Shown here piece by piece: positions 13,111 to 26,058 of a stretch of DNA of 64,000 nt (positions within the stretch are counted from its first letter, which is position 1; the number at the start of each line of letters is the position of its first letter). The position numbers and the translations under genes were made by a program. The DNA lies in NCBI GenBank assembly GCA_026023565.1, contig JAPETS010000013.1, positions 310,001-374,000 on the forward strand, in the 5' to 3' direction. The stretch is from Cirrosporium novae-zelandiae. Its lineage: Eukaryota. A model generated the notes under the pieces. The model searched no databases. It had not been told where the DNA came from and saw only the letters and a program-made list of their open reading frames with translations.

Positions 13111-16100
13111 TCACCAATAGGGGGGCCTCATGTGCACCAAACCAGACAGCCCGCCCTCTGATGTATCATCCTTTCTCCGCTGGCCCGTTAGTTCTAGTTG
13201 GATATGTCGATGTATATGCACGAGCCAGTCAACATAACTTTGAGCCTCGTTATTACGATCTTCGACCAATAACCTTGCGAATTCATACTCCGCACCGTCA
13301 AGACCCTGCCTGGCTAATTGAAGGGTCATTGCTTTTGAGCCTCTTATTGTCTTCAGGTATTGTAACAAGTTACGGACCTGAGCATTAAGATGCGTCTCAA
13401 GAACTGGAAGAGAGGAAAGATACGGGTCGAGATTACGAAGGGAGTCCTGGCCTGGTCCAAAAAGATCCTCAAGAAGATTTGGCGACACTTGTGCGTGCAA
13501 CCAGAGGATACATTGTTGACCATTGTCGACTATGTAAGCGCCACCTTCTTCAATACGAGCGAATGAAGCTCGAAGGGTAGGAGGTACACGCAGATGACCA
13601 GCCTCATTGGCAAAGCCATCCGAAGGATCAAGGTTATGAATTGGTATAATACGAGGGTAGAGGTATAGGGACATCTCAAGAGGTCCAATTGACTTAAGAA
13701 GGCGCATATCATGTACACGACGGTCGGTGGGTTCTTGTCCACCTATGACTCGTATAAGGATCATGGCTCAGCTGTTTAGTAGAATGAGACATACCTTTAA
13801 AAGCCCTGGATTTTACAAGTCCAAGCATATACATGCTGAATTCTTTGAGATTCTCGGGTAGGACTAACTGTCCGGGAGGGTGGTCACCAGAGAAGTTTTT
13901 TCGATAGCCGGCCAAGATATCAATAGTTTTTTCTGTGATAACTGCTCGAATTTCCTTTAATGTCCGGTCTGGCATCTTTGCTGCAGCTATTTGGAATAGT
14001 TAGTGGAACACAATATCTCAAATATAAGACAGTTCTCTTACCTTCTTTGGCAATGATACTCACAACCGCATCTTGATCAATATATTTCATTGTCTCAAAT
14101 GTCTTTTCGGTAACACTTGCAACGATATTACAGCATCTGACGCGTCTCTCACCACTAGAAGTTGTATATAATAACGCCGCTTGGAAATGAGCATCAAGTT
14201 TAGGATCCAGTTTCCCATCATAACTGAACATAACAGCAAAGGCTTTGTCTGCATCAATCGCGCCGAACTCAAGATCAGCACCAAATGTATGCTGTAAGAA
14301 GTTGCCATGGTATGCAGACACTTGAAGTCCGTTCGAACAACGGACTTTCATGAGACATTGGTATCCAGTTTCACGTCGTACCGTATGTTTTATTTCTTCA
14401 ACCATCTTTGGTGTATCACGAGTAACGTGGAAGTTGGGGTAAAAGAAAGTCTCGCCACCAGATAACGAAGAAACATGGCCTGGGTTGCTGTTAGCATCTC
14501 AAAGTACAAGACAAAATCAATTACTTGCCAACAGTAGCATTGTCTAGGAAACCACCTGAAGCTGCAGCGAGGAAAAAGTCGACACCTACGCCACATTCAA
14601 CCATTTTACTCGCCGTTTTCAACCATGCGGGATGTTCGGTAGTAAAGAGCTTCCTGCCTCCGTCGGTATCATGGTTCGCTCCATGATCTCTCAAGAAAAG
14701 TCTTCCAGGTCCCCATGTTGGAAGCGCAGAAAGGGAACAAACAATTTTTCCCCCTGTAGAAGATAATGCTGAAAGCGCTGCATCCAAACCCGAAAGCAGA
14801 GCAGGCTCAGCATTCTTCACCTGTGAAAACAACGTCGGAAGTTGCGTTAAAAGGGATTTAATAACGGTTCTAGAGAATTAATGGGCCCGTGAGCTATAAT
14901 TAAAGGGGGAATGCTTACTCTGATTCGTATGGGTCAACGAAGAGTCCTTCGCTCAGCGGCACAAATGGCTCATTGATGTCTGTCATAACCAGCATCTGGG
15001 CCTTGTCGAGATGAGGCTGGGGTTAAAGTTAGCTATTGATTGCTTAATATGGGGCTTAAATCCACGCACACTGAGGTTATAAAAATGGACCTCTTTGTCG
15101 AAAGTTATAATGCCCACTTTGGATCCTGGAGGTAGAGCCCTCTGCGGTTTCGATTCTTCCTCGCCCTCCTTTTCATTATTAACCCCGAGGAGATCATCTT
15201 CGCTGTACAGAGCTGCGATGATACCTTCGCAGAAAGCTTCCAGAAAACCTCTATTCACTGCCTCTTGGCTCACGTCAACTAAGAAGAGCCATTTGAGACC
15301 GACGGGGTCTTTGGACCAATATTCCTTAGGAACCATAAAATCAACGGTTCCCATGGTTAATTCGGGCCTTTGCGCTCTATCTACTCGTACTCCTGATGGA
15401 TCGGTCGGAGCAAAATATTCCGAGGAAACTTCATTTGGGAAGGTACACATGTTGCAGACAAGCTTGTTCCCACCCGAACGGAACGTCATAAAAGGGTTGA
15501 TATAAGTTCTGCATCTCCGACATCTTGGTGGACCTGACTCCCCAAAATCAAGGACTGGTATTTCAGTTTCACCAGGTTGGAGCGCTGCCAGAGGTTGGAC
15601 AATAAGACCTAGAGGAAGACCCGTTGAATGCAGTGATTCAGCCGTGGATGGGATACTATTAAGAGTGAGGCGTGCAAATTTGGGCGATGAGTTTCCTTGG
15701 TCGTGTGCTATAAAAGAAATAGCAGCTGGCGGAGGAAGGTGCTGTTCCATTGTAGGGTAGAGATGATCAAGGTAGTAGTGTGCTGGTATGTCTCGAGATT
15801 TAGGGACGCTGGGTATTTGCTCGGGATCGACTCGACCTTGGGCAGAACCTCCCGTTGCTGGAATCGAGGGATTGGGGATACCGAAGCCTTGTTGTGCTGG
15901 CTGTCCCATAGGGCTCATAGCAACACCTCCTGGAGCTGGGAATTGTGACATCACAGGCGTAACGGACTGCCCGAGATATGGTGAAGGAGGACCAGGTTGA
16001 GGGGTATCAGCATTCAGATACTGGCTAACAGTGCCAAATCCCGCTTGAGGTATGCCATTAAAAGCCTGTGATGAACCTTCAGGAGCTCCAATATGATGAT

Positions 16101-16473
16101 ACGCATGCCGGTCTTTTTTTCGATGCGCTCTCACACTCCCCGCAGGATCTCCTCCAATTCCCAGGCCACCCATTTGTGCTGTCAGCCCCCCCATAGCTCC
16201 TTGGCCCTGGTCTGCTATCGGACCCGGCCCTTGTTGAGGAAAATATGATTGTCCTTGGCTGGAGGCATTGTTTGAGTATGCAGAAGCCGGAGTGCCATCG
16301 TATGGGTGTTGCTGCGGAGGGAATGCGGCGATTCCAGGAGATTGCTGATAGCCCTGTGGAGGAGACGAGGGTGAAGGGTGATACTGCGATGGTGTTTGCT
16401 GAACGTGAAAATTGGGATTTTGAGGATCATCGCCTTGTCCTGCTAAGGCGTGGTAGGTTTGGAATTCGGACAT
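13111..16473 (-). CDS. SFB3: COPII coat subunit Sec24-family paralog (SFB3/Lst1-like), 6 exons
   Basis: Pro/Gln-rich N-terminus, zinc finger PPRCRRCRTYINPF..CNMC, trunk (FLVDVS), beta-sandwich (MKVRCSNGL), helical and gelsolin domains (LVEDRNNEAQSYVDWLVHIH). Assignment to the SFB3 paralog rather than SEC24 is by recall. Confidence 0.88.
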
Positions 16474-17112
16474 GGTGTCCTTTGATCAAGAATTGGAAAG
16501 TGAACGGATTGTTTAAGGACCCATAAGCACCTTCTGACATATACTCAGCCCCACAATCATGGAGGGTTTTTTCAAATTAAATGGTGCGCGGGGCTTCTGC
16601 TCATGGACAGGATTGAGATTGACAACATGTGTCGTCGTTCGGCTTTTAGAAAGTTGCTTGCTTGGCTTCAAAAAGATGATGTGTGGCATTGAGAATCTAT
16701 CAGCGTCTCGGCCGATTTAGCGCCTATGAAATGCCCCTGTGCTCCGCGTGCCCCTATCGACAGTACCTTTTAGCTCTATGTGGTTATCTTCTATCTTCAA
16801 GTACTGTACAACCCCGCCTTACAATTGAACTACAGTACTACTTTCGAAAGTATTTACTGTGGTATCTTCCTGTTGTTTTACCCTCCATTTCTACATTGCA
16901 CTTTGAAAAATAGATGGACATCGAATCATACGTTCTGGACAGGCACTACTAACTAACTAGGTAGTATGCTATAGAAATCATCAATTGACCTCATTAGTTG
17001 CAACAAAAGACGATCAATTTGTACACCAAGTCATTACAATAACCATCTTCACGAGCTTTTAGGAAATTTGCTACTTCCACACTAACTGCAGCCAATATTG
17101 TACGTCTCCCGA

Positions 17113-19806
17113 CTAGAGACGAGACAATTCTCTAATTTCGCGATTGGCGTGATACTCTGGCACTCTCATCTCGAGGGCCGAGCCAGAATACCCCAAGTCC
17201 TCTGCCGTAAGGACTGCACATTTCTCGCCAATCAGTAAAGCGGTGGAGTAAGTATTGCATCCCACATTGTCGGGGCAAACAGACAAATCCCTAGAGTTCG
17301 CTTATCAGAGAGACCACTTCTAAATAATATATTATAAAGACTTACGCGACTTTCAAGCCCTTGACTCCGTGGACATTGAGGCGATGGTCGAGGACGCCGC
17401 CGTGCTTGGTAATTGGATTACCTTCTCTTGGGCCCATGCTGCAAGTCCCAAGGGAGTGCCAAGTGGTCTCAACATGTCGCTTGACCCACTCTTCAATGTG
17501 TTCGATGTCTTTATTGCTATATTTCAACTCACCATACGTGTGCTGTTGATTAGAGGTAACTCGGTTTTGTGCAGGTGATTTGGCGTCCGCAAGTGGCATA
17601 GACCATGATCCTATGGGATATTAGTTGACCAAAACAATTAAAATCGGGCAAAAGAAATTACCATGCTGGATTCCAGCACTAATGTGATTAGGCCCTGCAT
17701 AAGCTTTTGTTGTTTCAAGATCCATATCACAAGCTCTAGCAGGAGAGTCAAACGCATAAAATGGCTATTGAGGCAATAAACGTTAATGTCAAGCAAGAGA
17801 TGGATTACATGAAACCTTACATGCATGCTTTGAACTTCGCCAGCATAAGCTCCCATCCTTCGAGCAGTTTCTCTAGATTTAATGTATCCCCAAACCATAG
17901 GAGCCATATCCCTACGGTCATTCATGAAGCCCTGGGTTTTGTGAGTTTTGGATAGTCACAAGAAGGGTATAGGAGTTGGCTTACAGCATCGAAATCTGGA
18001 ACTTCGTAAGGGTCCGGAGAGACAATATTAGTCTCGCCACGGGAGAAGGGATATTCCTGTTACTGATTAGAACAGCCTATGCAGAAGTGAACACAAGATA
18101 GCTCACCAAGAAGTGGAACATAGTGAAAAACTTTCCTGGCGGGAGGAGCTGATCATTGACATTAGCACTTAAGGACTACAGACTGAACCCAAACAGTGGA
18201 TAAATACCATGTGGTCACCAAACCAACTGTTACACTAATTAGCAAGAACTAGTAACATGGATATTCTTTACTTGCCCAGCAATGACAGAATAATGCATAA
18301 CAGGTTTATCGGGCTTGTTCTTGAAATAGCTTTCCCAGCCGTCAACGAAGTCGGGGGTTGGCCAGTGTCTCATTTCGTCGAGCTCCTGCTTGGTAGGCCG
18401 GACCTTAACTCCAGCGTCAATTCCGTTCGTGGCTAGAGGTCCAGTGCCGTTAATCTCCCATTGATTGAAGACCTTGGCTTGGACTTCGGGATCTCCGCGA
18501 ATGAAGTCGTCGAACGATTCGGTTTCTGGTTTCGCACGGAAAACCGAAAATGTGAGATAGTGATCCTGGAAATTCTTCCCCACTCCCGGAAGGTCCACAA
18601 CAGGCCTGACACCAGCTTTGCGGAGCTTTTCTGGGTCACCGATACCTGAAAAATATTAATATTAAATTTTGGTACCCTCGGATCCAATACCTACCAGATC
18701 GTTGCAAAATCAATGGAGAGCTAAGAGTTCCACCGCTGATAATTATTTGCTTCCTAGCACGATATATTTTCCGGACTGGCTCCCCAGTACCAAGTGGCTT
18801 GGTGGGAACAGTAGCCACTCCAGTCGCCCGTCCATTCTCGAGGATGACCCTATCCGCTTTGGTATTGCACTTCAAGTGCAGGTTTTGATACTTAGCGCGA
18901 GTAGAGTGAATGTAGGCATGAGCACTTCAGGTCGTCAGCTAGCCATTGAGGTTTGTTTCAAGGAGTGTAATTACTCACCTATCACTGCGGCGTCCGCTAT
19001 CCCTAATAAACTGTTAGAGGCCATTTCAAATAACGATAAACAGGCAACTTACCGGTTGATCCACTTCAACCAATGCTCGGCTCCATGACCAGTGACTAAG
19101 TCTTGAAGGTCATCAGTTACCGGGATATCCTGAGATTCAGCGGCCCTTAAGAAGTCTTGGGCGATGGGGTATGTATAGTTTCCAAAGGAGACTTTGATGG
19201 GTCCCTCAAAGCCATGAATATCACGGTTATTACAAGCCCGTTGATATGTTTCGTGCTTCTTCATCAAGGGAATGAGCTCTTTTGTAGTCCAGCCTTTCTG
19301 TTGAAAGTCGTCATAGTCCGAAGCAGAAGCCCGTGTATACATCTAAATTGGCATTCATCAGTGAACTAAACAATCAAATTGGGTGATTAATAATATCATA
19401 CCATGAAGTTAATGGACGATCCACCTCCAAGAACGTGAGCGCAGGGAACTATAGCTCTACGGCCTGCAAGGTATTCGGATGGACGGGAGTAATAGAAGCT
19501 CGCCGTTTTAGAATCCTACAAAGGAGATAAGTATTGTACATCTCATCAATAATAGGATATCTGCTCACCAATTTCATGTTCTTGGGGTAAATTCCAGGGC
19601 GATAGACCCTTCATCAGACGTTAGAGTGATTCATATTAGGGGAGATGGGACCTCTCTACATACCATGGATCATTCAAGTTACTCTCTCCTCCTTCAATCA
19701 ATAGCACTTGAAGGTTGTGATCTAAATTTGCCAACCTCCCGGCAACCACGCAGCCCGTCGACCCTCCTCCCACGACAATAATATCGACCTCATCTGGAAT
19801 AGTCAT
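17113..19806 (-). CDS. AOX1: Alcohol (methanol) oxidase, GMC oxidoreductase AA3_3; 14 exons; C-terminal PTS1 -SRL
   Basis: MTIPDEVDIIVVGGGSTGCVVAGRLANLDHNL, GGGSSINFMMYTRASASDYDD, LPGVGKNFQDH, ETTWHSLGTCSM, DNVGCNTYSTALLIGEK; ends ...REIRELSRL* (TAG 17113-17115); 13 introns traced by eye. Confidence 0.96.
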
Positions 19807-21807
19807 GGTGAATGATATCTCGCTCTGTTCCAAAATGGCGGGTAGTAAAAATGATAAAGGTCTCTCAAATACTGAGCCCCCAATGACTGTAGGTTAGGAA
19901 GGCGATCTGAGGAATATATATACATATCCAGTCCCCTGGGAGCATCGAATATAACGAGTCTCTGGAACTATTATCCGAGCCCCCATCTGAGGGGAACTGC
20001 CTCGAATCGGGTCAATTGAATGTTAGGGGCAAAGCTACAAAGCGGGGGTTCTGGCTTGAGTGGGACCGCAGAAACATTGGCATTCACGGCAGTTCCAAAC
20101 GATAAGCTACAGCACACACGCACACAATGCATCATGATCTGGTGAGTCGGTCAGTACGAGTGGGATGGAGCAGGAAGGTCTGAGGCAGTGTTAGAGCGGA
20201 TAGCCCAATTAGGAGCTATCCATCAAGCATCCGGAAACCTTGGGGACCTATAAAACCTATGAGAGCTTAGAATAGGTATTTCGATCTAAATTCAGAGCTT
20301 GGGATTCTAGCAATCGATTGCTCGAACCTGGTTGGGGAGTGCTAGGATGCATAAGCCCTGGGGCATGGGATATTGTAAAAACCCCGCATCTCATTGTGAT
20401 CTTCGTGAGAGAATTTGGCTATCCCAAGCTAAGATAAAACGAAGTTGGGGAAGTGCCACGAAAGTCAAGGGGAGAAAGCAAAACATTAGGAGTTGTAGTC
20501 TATTCCTTGATTTCAAGTAGTTGAAGGATGACAAATACCCCACGGCTTTGAAAGGGCTAGTGAATGATATCCAAGAATAATTAGTGGATAAATAATGCAG
20601 AGATTTATAGATGGAGGTGATGAAAAGACCTTCTTCCAATAGACATGCGTTCATATAACATCAAGACAGAAAGCAATACGGATGGTATCTGTGAATTTTT
20701 ACCAAAGAAAAACAAGTTCAACTTGGCACTACTCTGCAGGACAAGATAAAGTGAAGCAAAGATAGTACAGTAGCAGCAATAATAGGGATTTGGTAGATAC
20801 TGTAGGGCAATGGAGAAGTGTGTAATTGAGTTTGAACCCCTCATAACTGACATGGTTGACGTTGATGGAGGATGGAAGCTTAACCTTGTCCTGCCCCAGA
20901 GACCTACATCACCAACGGTAACCTATTTTGAAGAACGCGGGGTAGTGCGTATACTAAAAGGTTAAAGTCACTTACGTACACAATCGTAAAATATTCCTGT
21001 CATGGCTTGCACATTGTATTTCATAACTTCTATTATTGTGTACTTTGTGACGTTGTGATTATTTTCGACACAATTTACGGAAGACGGGGAACATGAAATA
21101 CCGAATCTTCAACATTCTACTTGATAGTCACGCGTGTCGCGATAGTATCATAATTGATCAAGGAGGACCCAGACGCACCAGAATATTTCTCATCACGCCA
21201 GATGAACAATGAGCGTAGAGTATATACTAGAAATTATATTTCAGAGTCTAGACAATGCCAATCAGCAATTATTCAAGGGTCATGCGTGCTATGTGTGCCA
21301 TGTAAGCAATAAACACCAGCTTTCAAATGCGGAGATCACGGCTTAGAGCCCAAAACAAATGAACATCCATGGAAATTACCTCTCTTGAATTGTTAAGCGA
21401 GATGACATTACCCATGCTGCATTTATCCTGTTTCCATGAATGAGGTAGAAAGCCTTCCGTATCAGACATACATACATACTACCGTCATTCTTGACTTCCG
21501 GAACCACATCTAATAATGTACTCCATAGCGACTTGGAGACCGTCCCTCGAACTAAAAAAGGGATGTTGTTTTGAAATGTCTCCCCGCACTTCCTTCCTTG
21601 GCCGTAGCTCTTCCCTCGCGGCATTTCATCCCGTTGTCCATTTGGATTCCATAAAGGAAGACCACTTGTTAAGGCTGCACTTCAAGTCTCACCAAGAACC
21701 TCATACCTTTAAGAAAGTATAACATAGGCAAAAAAAACCATTGGTCTTGGTAAAAATGCCGAAGAACTTTTAGCCACTAATTTGAGAAACGATATGTCTG
21801 TTTCCTA

Positions 21808-22495
21808 TCACCTAGCAGTCTCACGCCTTCTTTCAAGTACTTTTCTTCTTAGTTCTTCTGAAGCTACCTCTGCTTCGATGATTTTGCCAATTCCATTTCT
21901 CCAGCTCTCGTCAAGACCCACCATTTCACCCCTCGCCGCTTCTTGGAGGGATTTGCGTGCCTTGTTCACACTCTCAGTTGTTTCTTTCGTCTGGGCAAGT
22001 TCTTTTTCCACAACCCTTAAGATATCTTCGAGTTGGGAATTCCCTATAAGCCAAGCATTCTTCCCGAATTCCTCAAGCAGAGCAAGGTTTGAGAGCCTAT
22101 TGGAAAGGTATGATGAAGAAACGTAGGCTTTGCGCAAATTGTCTCTCCACGCATCAAGGACTTCGGTGTTGTTACTTTCTGAAGTCGAAGGAGGCTCTAA
22201 CGTTTCATATCGAGATGTATCAATTCCATTCAAAGGTTCCCCTACTTCCTTGCGGGCAATTTCCTGGCCTATTAAATGAGAGAATTTCGGCTCTGGAAAC
22301 TCTGGTAATGAAGGGTGGGGGGTCGTCTTGTGTTCTGGAGACAGCTCTGCCGAAATTAAGCGGTCAATGTGAGACCGTTCTTGGGAAGTAACTTCTGGGT
22401 CGATATCTAGAAATAGTCAACAAATTTGATCCAAGTCTGAGCGCCATTAGAATCATACATGGTAAAGAGTCAATGAGCTCGGAGAGGGAAGGCAT
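21808..22495 (-). CDS. SPF27: Pre-mRNA splicing factor SPF27/BCAS2 (Prp19 complex), 2 exons
   Basis: IDSLPY|ID across an intron, GIDTSRYE, NLALLEEFGKNAWLIGNSQLE, VNKARK motifs typical of BCAS2/Cwf7. Confidence 0.92.
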
Positions 22496-23478
22496 GACTG
22501 GTATTCTTGAAGACAATGGGTGTTGCTGATATTATTTTCGAATGTCGGTACGCGTAGTGAAAGTAGTGATTAGAAGTAATGAGGCTATCAATTTCAGTAG
22601 TCGTGTTTTATCGTGTGTATCGTGTTTATCCTCTCATACTTCGTTGCTCAGTCGCCATCTTCGATGTTCAAAGGATGTTAGTGCTTACATCTGGATCCAA
22701 CGGAAGACATTACGTATTTGGATTAAAAAAAAAGCGCCTTGGCACATCTAGCAAGACTTCGGCCGTGAGACGTGTACGACCGGTGCGTGCAACACGCATT
22801 GGTATCTTTTGTTTTTACCTGAGATGAAGAGGGGGGAAAAAAGGCCTCAGTCCACCTTAATTAATATTAGAAGGCTTTACTCTGAATACCTACTTTCCTC
22901 ATAGTCGATAATGATTGTTTTTAAACTGTCCTCAAAACAATAATTCTCTAGGTGAGCAATCCTACTTAAAATAGGGTTACTAGAGCTTTCACACCCCAAT
23001 TTCCAGTGCTGACGGGGTCACGGTGCAATGGGGCTGAAGGGCTGAAGTCCTAAGGGACTATCTTAGTGATATTACTGTAGATAAACCAGCCGATGATATG
23101 CAACCATTTCTAGGCTGGGGGAGTTTACATATTGCTGAAACCTGGAATCCCTTCGATTTTTACACGCAATCATTTACATGAAAGCTCTATCACTTTGGTG
23201 ATAGGCATGAAATGCTCTTTTGAAGGCTATGATCTCTGTTTACTTTTTTTGTCGCGACCGATGTACTTGCTAAGGCCTATATTCAATCCATCGAATTACT
23301 AGTGATAATACAATGACGAGTCAACTGCTGGCTTGAAATGCTCTTCATCTTCAAGATTATCCCAACAAACCCCACCTTTGCGAGGCACTAATGGTGGAAA
23401 GCTTTCTAGAAACAGAATTTCCTCGAATACTCATTTACTCGACGAAATTCCGTATGTTTGAGAGATAAGACAGGAATC

Positions 23479-25578
23479 ATGCCACCAAGGCCAAAACGTC
23501 GCGGTCATGAAAGGATATGGGTTTTTCAAGGTCCCCCAGAAGCTACCGCTGGAGTTCCCGAAACTGAACGAAAGAAAACCATCCAAGCACCTACGATACC
23601 AACAGGACAAGCAGAAAATGTGCTTATGGGCTCTATTCCTTTGCGCATATCAACACCCCTTCCTGCTCAACCATCACACTTTGCATTCGTCAGTCACAAT
23701 GAAAAGTCTTCTGGGAAGAAGGGTGATGATGCTATTGACCGCAAGCTAATTCGTATGCATGTAATGCGAGAGTTTCGACGAAAACAGAGATCAGGAAAAA
23801 AACAAGGGCAACAGTTGGCTAAAACTATGGTGCCATTATCTGATTTCTACCACTGCAAGCAAGGGTCTACTGTCACCTTCCCACCAGTGTTCAAGAAAAG
23901 CCTATCCTCCTCGGAGCGCTCGCAGTGGATTCCTTGCCTAGGTCCGACCTGTCCATTCTGTGCTACGTGGATGTCGTCCAGTGGTTCACGAACACCTTCC
24001 ATGTCGGAATATTTCAGTAATATTCTTTTCACCGAAAGCCTTAAAAGTTCAACATCTACCTCGAGCAGACCCGACTTCATTGAGCTTGATTTTCCTCCTC
24101 CCCAGTCTCTTCTTGGAGCCGGCTATACCGATCCATTCCAGACAGGATCCGTAAAGCTGGATTCACGTATGCATGGATACTTTCATTACTGTAAGTAGAT
24201 TTACATATTCCTACCGACCGCGGAGTAAGTCCGTCTCTCCTACCGTGAGTTGACCCAATGAAATAGTTGGAACCGTCTTCTGCGTCGATATATATCCATT
24301 TGACCCCAAAAACCTACGTTCACTATGGTGGTCTGCAGCCTGGCAAGAGCCTGCTATGCTTTTAGGGATTATGTGGACTGCTGCAGCATATCAGGCAGCC
24401 AAAGCCGGGTATGAACCAAACATTGATGGTCTTCTCGAGGCCCAAAAAATGGGATATAAGCCCGCTGTGGACTGTGTCAAGTATAAAATTCAAGCTTGGA
24501 AGGCTATCCATGAAACCATCATGGATCCAACTAGAGCTTTGCAGGATGACTTCATCACTACCATTGCCTTTCTACGTGGCGTCGAAGTATGATCTCCACG
24601 AATTAATATCTTGAATGGATTCGAATATTAATGCTAATCTTGGTGTAGTGTTTCGGTGGTGATGTTGATAGTATAAGAGTTCATAACCAAGGATTAATTC
24701 GGTTAGTCGAACTTCGAGGGGGGCTTGACAATTTACCACATCTCACGGTTTCGAAAATATTTACGTAGGTACCATGAATCAATTATCTGAAGTGAGAACA
24801 TTTACTAATTATCATCCGCAGCGGTGATATCAAAACCAGCGTATTAACCTCTGAAAAACCGGTATTCATGATAAATGATGTATGGAGAAGGGAGACTCAC
24901 AATGCCTATCTCCTGGATCTTGAACGTGTACGGTCGGTATGCCCACGGGGGCATGGTATGGAATGTTTAGCCACCGGATTTCTTAGGAAGCATATATCGA
25001 TACACCTTCATTCCGATCTATTGAAGATTCTCAATGACCTCCGGACCTTGGTCCTCTATACCGAGGATTGTAAATCATCGAATGAGTTGAATGCTCTTCA
25101 AGACGGTCCATATGCCAACGATCCTTATATCGAAATAGAGCATCGGATTATTTCCTTTTATTTCGACAACTGCTATCAAACAGATGATCATATGCAGGAA
25201 TGTTTTTGTTTGGCACTGCTCCTTTTCAGCAACATGACCTTCTGGGGTGGCTTGTTTTTGACGGTTACCTTCTTAAGATCTCAGTCGAGGTTATTAAAGG
25301 AGTCTCTTCTGCGTCTTGAACTAAATTTCCCTCGACAATCATACCCCGAGCTCTTTTTCTGGATGTTTTTTATGGGTGCTTTAACGGCAGAAGAAACGGA
25401 GAAGATGTGGTTTGTACGACAGCTTGCGAGTGTTGGAAAATACTTGGGACTTTATGAGTGGACCGATGTTGAAACATTACTCTCGAACTTTTTTTATGTG
25501 GACCGTGTTTTTAAGGCGTCGTTTTCCCGTCTTTGGTCAGGTGAAGTTCAGGCTGAGATGAAGCAGCTACTAGATTAG
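23479..25578 (+). CDS. Fungal-specific transcription-factor-like protein (Fungal_trans_2-type, no Zn cluster seen), 4 exons
   Basis: Basic helix RKLIRMHVMREFRRKQR, LLGAGYTDPF motif, HNQGLIRLVELRGGLDNL, LFFWMFFMGA; three canonical introns (donors near 24191, 24588, 24764). Confidence 0.7.
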
Positions 25579-26058
25579 AGAAAAATATTGTGTATAAGTT
25601 ATACTAGGTATATATATATATATGGTCAGTGGCGAATCTCCCCTCAAATGTAAATCTATGAACTGGTTGGCAAGGTGTATAGAAAGTGCTCATACAAAGA
25701 TACTATGAATGTATTTGTAGCTGCAAAAAATTTGTTAATCATTTATTTTATCTATTAAATACCTAGGTATATAACTAATATTATTCTAATAGCTGTAGCT
25801 AGGATTCCTAAAGTGGCCTTAGTTCGCTGTTGTCATAATTTTGATGCCTGAGGCATCCACTTATTGATGTCATTCAACTTTTCCTACTGTTGCTGTTTCA
25901 CCCTTCCACCTCCATTTTCTTCAATACTTGTACTCCTACTTAAGTTGTACAATAGACTGAACCAAATACCACTCCACTCTGCTCTCCGCTCTGTTCCCCG
26001 CTCTGTTTTCCTTTTTTTCGCCCATGTTAACATCAGTGTTTTTTGTTTTTTGTTGAGC

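Noticed and set aside
6996..19806. ALDH + DUF2434 + luz-like + alcohol oxidase as a novel luminescence or oxidative gene cluster
   Set aside because: A housekeeping Sec24 paralog interrupts the set, no hisps/h3h/cph is present, and no shared pathway is established; adjacency alone is insufficient.
19810..21400. CreA (SYGGRG) sites upstream of the alcohol oxidase
   Set aside because: About six matches in 1.5 kb is close to chance expectation; plausible but unsupported.
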